Shown piece by piece: positions 6,378-11,315 of a DNA stretch of 11,315 nucleotides. Position numbers and translations under genes: made by a program. The stretch is taken from NCBI GenBank assembly GCA_046498225.1, contig JAWOBF010000081.1:1-11315 (forward strand), read 5' to 3'. The DNA is from Candidatus Aegiribacteria sp. (GTDB lineage: Bacteria; Fermentibacterota; Fermentibacteria; Fermentibacterales; JCC-6). The stretch's first letter is position 1. Each line of letters starts with the position of its first letter. The notes under the pieces are model-generated. The model saw nothing but the letters and a program-made list of their open reading frames with translations, was not told where the DNA came from and ran no database searches.

Positions 6378-7640
6378 ATGTCCGGTACCGAACAGAAAAG
6401 CATATCGACACTGGCAGAAAGGTTCATGAGGTACGCCCGCTTCGACACAACCTCCGACGGGTCTTCCTCATCCCGTCCCACTACCGGGAGACAGATGGAA
6501 TTCCTTGAGCTGCTTCGCAGGGAGCTGGAGGAAATGGGCATGGAGGATGTGGAACTGGACGAAGAGGGGACCCTCTACTCCACCCTTCCGGGGGGAGGCT
6601 CCGGCGACACCGTCATAGGTCTTCTGGCCCACGTTGACACGTCCCCGGAAGCGCCGGGGAGCGGGGTCAGCCCGGTGGTTCACCGCAACTGGGACGGGAA
6701 CCCCGTCCATCTGAGGGAGGATGTTGTCATAGACCCCCGGCAGACGGAGCATATGCCCAGGTACAGAGGGGGGACCATAATCACCTCCGACGGGTCTACC
6801 CTGCTCGGGGCCGACGACAAGGCCGGCGTGGCCATCATCATGGAAGCATGCAGGGAACTGATTCAGGACCCCGGCATCCCCCGGCCTCCCCTGAGGGTGG
6901 CTTTCACCACGGATGAGGAGGTAGGGCGCGGGATGGAGGGTTTCGACCCTGACAGATTCGGCGCGGAGCTGGCCTATACCGTGGACGGAGGAGCGGTGGG
7001 CAAGGTGGATACGCAGACCTTCAACGCGTGGTCCGCGGAGTGGAGGGTCAGGGGAAGGGAGGTTCACCCCGGTTCGGCCAGGGGCATCATGGTCAACGCG
7101 GTCAGGATACTGGCGGACATCATCTCATCCATTCAGCCGGAGGAGATGCCGGAGAACAGCTCCGGCGACCAGGGCTACTACTACCCGCTTTCCATATCGT
7201 CGGTCACCGCGGAGGGGACTGTCAGGATGATCCTGAGGGATTTCACAGTTTCCGGAATGGAACGCAGAATAGAGGCCATGAGGAGCCTGGAGAACTGGAT
7301 GAACGCCCGCTATCCGAAGGCGGAGATAACCCTGGAGCTTTCCGAGCAGTACAGCAATCCCGCTGAGATACTGCAGAAGGACAGAAGGGCTGTGGATTAC
7401 GCGCTGCGCGGTACCCGGGAGGCGGGACTGGAGCCGGAGGAATCATCGATAAGGGGAGGCACGGACGGGTCCAGGCTCTCATTCATGGGCATTCCCACAG
7501 TCAACCTTCCCACGGGAGGCGAGTTCTTTCACTCGAGAAAGGAATGGGTGGCCGAGGAGGGTCTGCTCCTGGCGTTCCGGACCCTGATGGAAACCCTGAG
7601 AACATGGGGGCTGGAACAAGACAGCCGGAATACTGTATAA
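6378..7640 (+). CDS. pepT: Peptidase T (M20B tripeptide aminopeptidase)
   Basis: ERFMRY..FDTTS, AHVDTSP, ITSDGSTLLGADDKAG, FTTDEEVGRG, AYTVDGG, HPGSA, IRGGTDG and FHS..EW. AAGGAG RBS. Confidence 0.95.
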   Translation: MSGTEQKSISTLAERFMRYARFDTTSDGSSSSRPTTGRQMEFLELLRRELEEMGMEDVELDEEGTLYSTLPGGGSGDTVIGLLAHVDTSPEAPGSGVSPVVHRNWDGNPVHLREDVVIDPRQTEHMPRYRGGTIITSDGSTLLGADDKAGVAIIMEACRELIQDPGIPRPPLRVAFTTDEEVGRGMEGFDPDRFGAELAYTVDGGAVGKVDTQTFNAWSAEWRVRGREVHPGSARGIMVNAVRILADIISSIQPEEMPENSSGDQGYYYPLSISSVTAEGTVRMILRDFTVSGMERRIEAMRSLENWMNARYPKAEITLELSEQYSNPAEILQKDRRAVDYALRGTREAGLEPEESSIRGGTDGSRLSFMGIPTVNLPTGGEFFHSRKEWVAEEGLLLAFRTLMETLRTWGLEQDSRNTV

Positions 7641-7667
7641 TCAGGAGCAGAGCGGGAAAGCAGGTGT

Positions 7668-7696
7668 TTGCTCCCGCCGGGTATATATACTATTAT
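7668..7696 (+). promoter_or_regulatory. Putative sigma70-type promoter for the downstream secreted-protein gene
   Basis: TTGCTC (7668-7673), 17-nt spacer, TATTAT (7691-7696). The spacer contains the palindrome GTATATATAC. Confidence 0.55.
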
Positions 7697-7738
7697 GCAC
7701 GCATGTAAAAGCCCTGCAATAATCCGAGGAGGGTGAAC

Positions 7739-8356
7739 TTGAAAAGAACAGCTCTGATGGCCCTGATACTGGCAGCGGCTGCAGCGGTCTTCGCCCAGAC
7801 CGATGAGATCGAGGACTCTCCCCAGGATACGCTCCAGACGGTGGAGGAGGACTCGATTCCTCCCGATACCACCGATGGGACCGCCGAAGAGGCGGAACGT
7901 GAGTTGCAGATCCCCAGCCAGCCCACCGCCGTACTGGAGGCTTTCTTCGGGGCGCTCAGCACAGGTGACAGCTTGATGGTCTCCCGGCTTGTATCCGCCG
8001 AGGGGCTGGAAGGCATAGACGTCATGCTTGAGATACTCAAGGAGAACCTGGAAAGCGACCCTGAGGGGGTAATGTCCAGGCTTGCCGCGGCCGGCTATAC
8101 CGCCACGGCGGACGAAGTGAAGAGATGGTCCCCCATGGATTACCTGAAGAGAACCGTCGTCCTGCCCATCATGACGTCCCGCTATTCGGTGTATGAAATG
8201 CGGATAGGGGAATTCGCCATCGGCGGCGACCGGCTTCAGGTGCCTGTGCTCTTCGTTACCGCCTCGGGTGTGGAGATCCCCTACGATGCGGAGCTGGTCA
8301 GGGAGCGGGACGGCTGGCGTATCTGCAGGTTCATGGGGATGCGCAGCTTCCCATGA
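7739..8356 (+). CDS. Secreted hypothetical protein with acidic linker and possible NTF2-like (DUF4878-type) domain, ~205 aa
   Basis: GAGGAGG (7726-7732) abuts GTG 7733 but lies 6 nt from TTG 7739, so TTG is preferred. Sec signal MKRTALMALILAAAAAVFA|Q, then a D/E/T-rich stretch. 'PTAVLEAFFGALSTGD...LVS' and 'LVRERDGWRI' are typical of NTF2-like folds. The fold call is inference. Confidence 0.75.
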   Translation: MKRTALMALILAAAAAVFAQTDEIEDSPQDTLQTVEEDSIPPDTTDGTAEEAERELQIPSQPTAVLEAFFGALSTGDSLMVSRLVSAEGLEGIDVMLEILKENLESDPEGVMSRLAAAGYTATADEVKRWSPMDYLKRTVVLPIMTSRYSVYEMRIGEFAIGGDRLQVPVLFVTASGVEIPYDAELVRERDGWRICRFMGMRSFP

Positions 8357-8487
8357 CAGGGGCCGGATAGGTCTGTCACAAGCCATCTGCCCCTCCCGGT
8401 ATGAAAGCGATCGAAATCGCTGTCCCGAATACTTCCATGAAATGATCAGGTCAGGGCGGGCTGAACCTTCCTCGAACGGAGAGAGTA

Positions 8488-9219
8488 TTGTCCGGCGTCA
8501 CAGCTGAGCGGCTGCAGGAACCGCGAGTGCTCATACTGGACTATTCCGTAGACCGTTCGGAGGCTCCCCTCTTCGCCGAATGGCTTCCGGAAGGCTGCTC
8601 CCATACCGACTCCTACGTCTTTTTCGGTGACGCTGTTCCCGACCCCCGCGGCTTCACCCACGTCATGCACACCGGTTCCAGCCTTTCCATATGTTCCGAC
8701 GCTGTTTTCGTTGAGAAGGCGGGTGAGCTCATAAGGACCTGCGTCGAGAGGGGTATTCCCCAGATGGGCGTCTGTTACGGGCATCAGCTTCTCTGTCGCG
8801 GTCTTCTGGGCCCCCGGTCCGTGGAAAGATGCTCCAACGGGTTCGAAGTCGGGTGGATAGACGTCGACATGACCGGAAGCGGCCTCTCCATACCTGGAGC
8901 GGGGCCGGTGGTCAGGGTTCTTCAATCCCATTTCGACAGGGTCAGGGAACTTCCCCGGGGGGCGGAGATAATCGCCCGGAACGATCATACCCGCATACAG
9001 GCGTTCGCGGACAGGGAGAGGAAGCTGCTGGGATTCCAGTTCCATCCCGAGTTCGACAGGGACTCGGGGAACGAGCTTTTCAGGAATGAGAGCGCGCTTC
9101 TGACCGAAAACGGCGTGGACCTGGAGAAGGTTCTGGCCGACGGCCCCTCCATCAGCGCCGGCGAGGTCTTCTTCGGCTATTTTCTCAGCGGCTCCTGGTA
9201 CGGAAGGAGCCTTGAGTAA
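8488..9219 (+). CDS. Stand-alone class I glutamine amidotransferase-like protein (GMP-synthase-like/gamma-glutamyl peptidase-like)
   Basis: Oxyanion strand TGS, nucleophile elbow GVCYGHQ, EVGW, SHFDRV..LP and FQFHPE give an intact Cys-His-Glu triad. No ATP-pyrophosphatase domain, so it is not a full GuaA. TTG start after GGAGAG; the exact start is uncertain. Confidence 0.88.
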   Translation: MSGVTAERLQEPRVLILDYSVDRSEAPLFAEWLPEGCSHTDSYVFFGDAVPDPRGFTHVMHTGSSLSICSDAVFVEKAGELIRTCVERGIPQMGVCYGHQLLCRGLLGPRSVERCSNGFEVGWIDVDMTGSGLSIPGAGPVVRVLQSHFDRVRELPRGAEIIARNDHTRIQAFADRERKLLGFQFHPEFDRDSGNELFRNESALLTENGVDLEKVLADGPSISAGEVFFGYFLSGSWYGRSLE

Positions 9220-9236
9220 GTGAAAGGCAGCACAAC

Positions 9237-10679
9237 ATGAGAATACTGAACGGTCTGGAACCTGCCGATGTATGGTTCTGGTTCGAGGAGATATGCTCGA
9301 TCCCCAGGCCCTCGGGCCATGAGGAGCGTATGGCGGACTTCCTGGCGGAGTTCGCCGGGGAAAGGGACCTGGACTGGAGCAGGGACGGGCGGAACAACGT
9401 GCTCATACGAAAACCCGGCCGGGGCTCGGCGGCGGGAAACCCGGCGCTGGCGCTGCAGGCCCACGTGGACATCGTTCCGGAGAAGAGCGGTGATAGCGAC
9501 CATGATTTCAACACGGACCCGATAATCCCCGTGATACGGAATGACTGGGTTACCGCACCGAAGACTACGCTGGGGGCCGATAACGGCATTGGTGTGGCCC
9601 TGATGCTGGCTGTCCTGGATTCGAAGGATGTATCCCATCCCCGGCTGGAATGCGTTTTCACCACAGACGAGGAGAGGGGACTGACGGGCGCAGCCGCCCT
9701 GGACCCGGACTGGATAACCGCAGGCCGCCTGATCAACCTCGATTCGGAGGATCAGGGTACCTTCACCATAGGCTGCGCCGGCGGAACGGACTGCAGGCTC
9801 AGCATGCCCCTGGAAAGGTCCGGCGACGCGCCGTGCAGTAGACTGAGGGTCACAGGCCTGCGCGGAGGCCATTCGGGCATCGAGATCCACAAGGACAGGG
9901 GAAACGCCATAAGGTTCCTCGCGAGGGCCCTGTCCGGAATATCCCGGGAGGTGGAGATCGCCCTGGGAAGCATGCGGGGCGGCAGCAAGAGGAACGCCAT
10001 ACCCAGGGACGCGGAGGCCCTGATACTGTTCCCGCCTGAGAAGACCGGCAAGGTGAAGGAGGTGCTCACGGCCGTCAGGTCCCGGCTCAGGACGGAGTAC
10101 GCGGGTATCGAGGAAGAACTGGACCTGGTCCTGGACGAAGACACCGTCCGGTGTTCCACACTGGAGAGGAAGGCGGGCGCGAGGGCCGTGGACCTTCTTC
10201 TGGCCCTTCCACACGGTGTGGAGAAGATGAGCGGAGTCATGGATGACCTGGTGGAAACCTCCGTCAACCTGGCGCTTCTCTCCATGGAGGGTTCGGAACT
10301 TCTGGTGGACCTCACCATAAGAAGTCCGCTGGAGAGCGCCAGGAAAGCGCTGGCGGACAGGATAGCGGCAGCGGGCCGGCTGGCCGGCGCCGCATTCTCC
10401 TCCGGAGGTTCCTACCCGGGCTGGATACCGGACCCGGATTCCGAGATGCTTCGAAAGATGACCTCCATTCACCGGGATATGTTCGGCGCGCCCCCCCGGG
10501 TGGAGAGCATTCATGCAGGCCTTGAATGCGGTATCATAGGTGACCGGGTCGGAGGGCTGGACATGATATCCATAGGGCCTGACATACGGGACGTGCATGT
10601 ACCCGGCGAGAGGGTGAGCATACCCTCTCTTCAGAGGTTCTGGAAATTCTTCAGATCGGTCCTGGAAAAGCTGGACTGA
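9237..10679 (+). CDS. pepD: Aminoacyl-histidine (Xaa-His) dipeptidase, M20C
   Basis: IPRPSGHEE, LQAHVD, TTLGADNGIG, TTDEERG, NLDSED, GGHSG, KRNAIPR, ETSVNLA, YPGW, IHAGLECG, SIGP and HVPGER. Confidence 0.95.
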   Translation: MRILNGLEPADVWFWFEEICSIPRPSGHEERMADFLAEFAGERDLDWSRDGRNNVLIRKPGRGSAAGNPALALQAHVDIVPEKSGDSDHDFNTDPIIPVIRNDWVTAPKTTLGADNGIGVALMLAVLDSKDVSHPRLECVFTTDEERGLTGAAALDPDWITAGRLINLDSEDQGTFTIGCAGGTDCRLSMPLERSGDAPCSRLRVTGLRGGHSGIEIHKDRGNAIRFLARALSGISREVEIALGSMRGGSKRNAIPRDAEALILFPPEKTGKVKEVLTAVRSRLRTEYAGIEEELDLVLDEDTVRCSTLERKAGARAVDLLLALPHGVEKMSGVMDDLVETSVNLALLSMEGSELLVDLTIRSPLESARKALADRIAAAGRLAGAAFSSGGSYPGWIPDPDSEMLRKMTSIHRDMFGAPPRVESIHAGLECGIIGDRVGGLDMISIGPDIRDVHVPGERVSIPSLQRFWKFFRSVLEKLD

Positions 10680-10702
10680 AGCGCGGCGTGACGGAGGGAG
10701 AC

Positions 10703-11315
10703 ATGTTCCAGAGTAGATTGGACGAGATGTTCCGGCTGGCGGCCCGGGAGCTGCTGGACAGGGGAAGTCCTTCCGGTGAATGGAAGCGGCTTTCACGGGA
10801 GGAGATAGAAGTGCTGGAGGATCGGGGCTGCACCGCTTCGGACTGGTCCGCGGTGCTGGTAAGGCCCGGCTCCATCCTCAGCGCGGTTGACAGCTGCAGG
10901 TTCGAAGGCGAGGTGCTGCTGGACCTGACCCCCTTCAATGGGGAAGGGCCTCTGCTGAGGGACGCGTCCTTCCGGGACACTGAAGTCGGCCCCGGCTGCA
11001 GGATACTGTCCACCCGCATGCTCGCCGGCCTGGTCATCGGGGAGGGCGTGGTGGTGGAGGACTGCGGGACGGTGAGTTTCGCCGGAGGGGGACTCTGCGG
11101 CTGCGGGGAGGAGCTTCAGCTGGGAGTGGAGACCGGCGAGAGGAACGTGCCCTCCTTTCCCTGCCTGGATGTTACGATGGCGTCGGACCTGTCCGGAGGA
11201 CAGGGACGGGACGGCAGGATGCTATCCTACCGGGAAAGGCTGGCGGATTTTCTGGACAGGCTGGGCGGGTTTGAACGCGGCCGGCTGGCCGCCGGGTGCG
11301 TATTGAGGAACACTC
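10703..11315 (+). CDS. DUF4954-like protein (beta-helix-like), 3'-truncated; absent from the ORF track
   Basis: ATG 10703 after GGAGGGAG, open to the window end: MFQSRLDEMF...WKRLSREEIEVLEDRGCTASDWSAVLV...CRFEGEVLL...VGPGCRI...VIGEGVVVEDCG...VETGERNV... This resembles the DUF4954 N-terminal pattern as recalled (R.LT.EEI..L...GC.A.DW; ETGGR.V). Confidence 0.75.
   Translation, partial: MFQSRLDEMFRLAARELLDRGSPSGEWKRLSREEIEVLEDRGCTASDWSAVLVRPGSILSAVDSCRFEGEVLLDLTPFNGEGPLLRDASFRDTEVGPGCRILSTRMLAGLVIGEGVVVEDCGTVSFAGGGLCGCGEELQLGVETGERNVPSFPCLDVTMASDLSGGQGRDGRMLSYRERLADFLDRLGGFERGRLAAGCVLRNT

Noticed and set aside
6260..6541. 93-aa minus-strand ORF ending at the pyrB start, considered as a PyrL-like leader
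   Set aside because: It overlaps the pepT start and the promoter region, is too long for an attenuator peptide, and has no associated terminator.
7644..7677. GCGGGA/TCCCGC hairpin after pepT as an intrinsic terminator
   Set aside because: The stem is imperfect, has no U-tract, and overlaps the predicted -35 element.
8488..9219. Calling the GATase guaA, carA or trpG
   Set aside because: There is no synthetase domain or adjacent partner subunit, no CarA N-terminal domain, and it has TGS rather than the PGPG oxyanion motif.
9177..10796. 539-aa antisense ORF
   Set aside because: It mirrors pepD, has no recognisable motifs, and long shadow ORFs are expected in GC-rich coding DNA.
1..11315. tRNA/rRNA genes, CRISPR arrays, transposases or integrases
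   Set aside because: None recognised; the window is almost fully occupied by protein-coding genes with short spacers.

Overview
GC-rich prokaryotic window, probably from an anaerobe, with three blocks. (1) 1-4850 (+): a tightly coupled operon with every junction a 4-nt start/stop overlap. It contains a 5'-truncated SAM-dependent methyltransferase, a 2-hydroxyacyl-CoA dehydratase (HGD-D)-family Fe-S subunit, an 863-aa ORF joining an alpha-type HGD-D domain to a complete double-cubane cluster protein (DCCP/YjiM-like) domain, and one ATP-dependent [4Fe-4S] activator (HgdC/YjiL/DCCP-R type). (2) 4882-6263 (-): pyrB-pyrI. (3) 6378-end (+): pepT, a secreted hypothetical protein, a class I glutamine amidotransferase-like protein, pepD and a 3'-truncated DUF4954-like gene. 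The best candidate for an undescribed system is block 1: three distinct HGD-D-fold Fe-S modules, one activator and a coupled methyltransferase. The domain fusion carries an internal Shine-Dalgarno/ATG and may be recent or an assembly artefact. No RNA genes, CRISPR arrays or mobile elements were seen. All family assignments come from motif recognition, not database searches.
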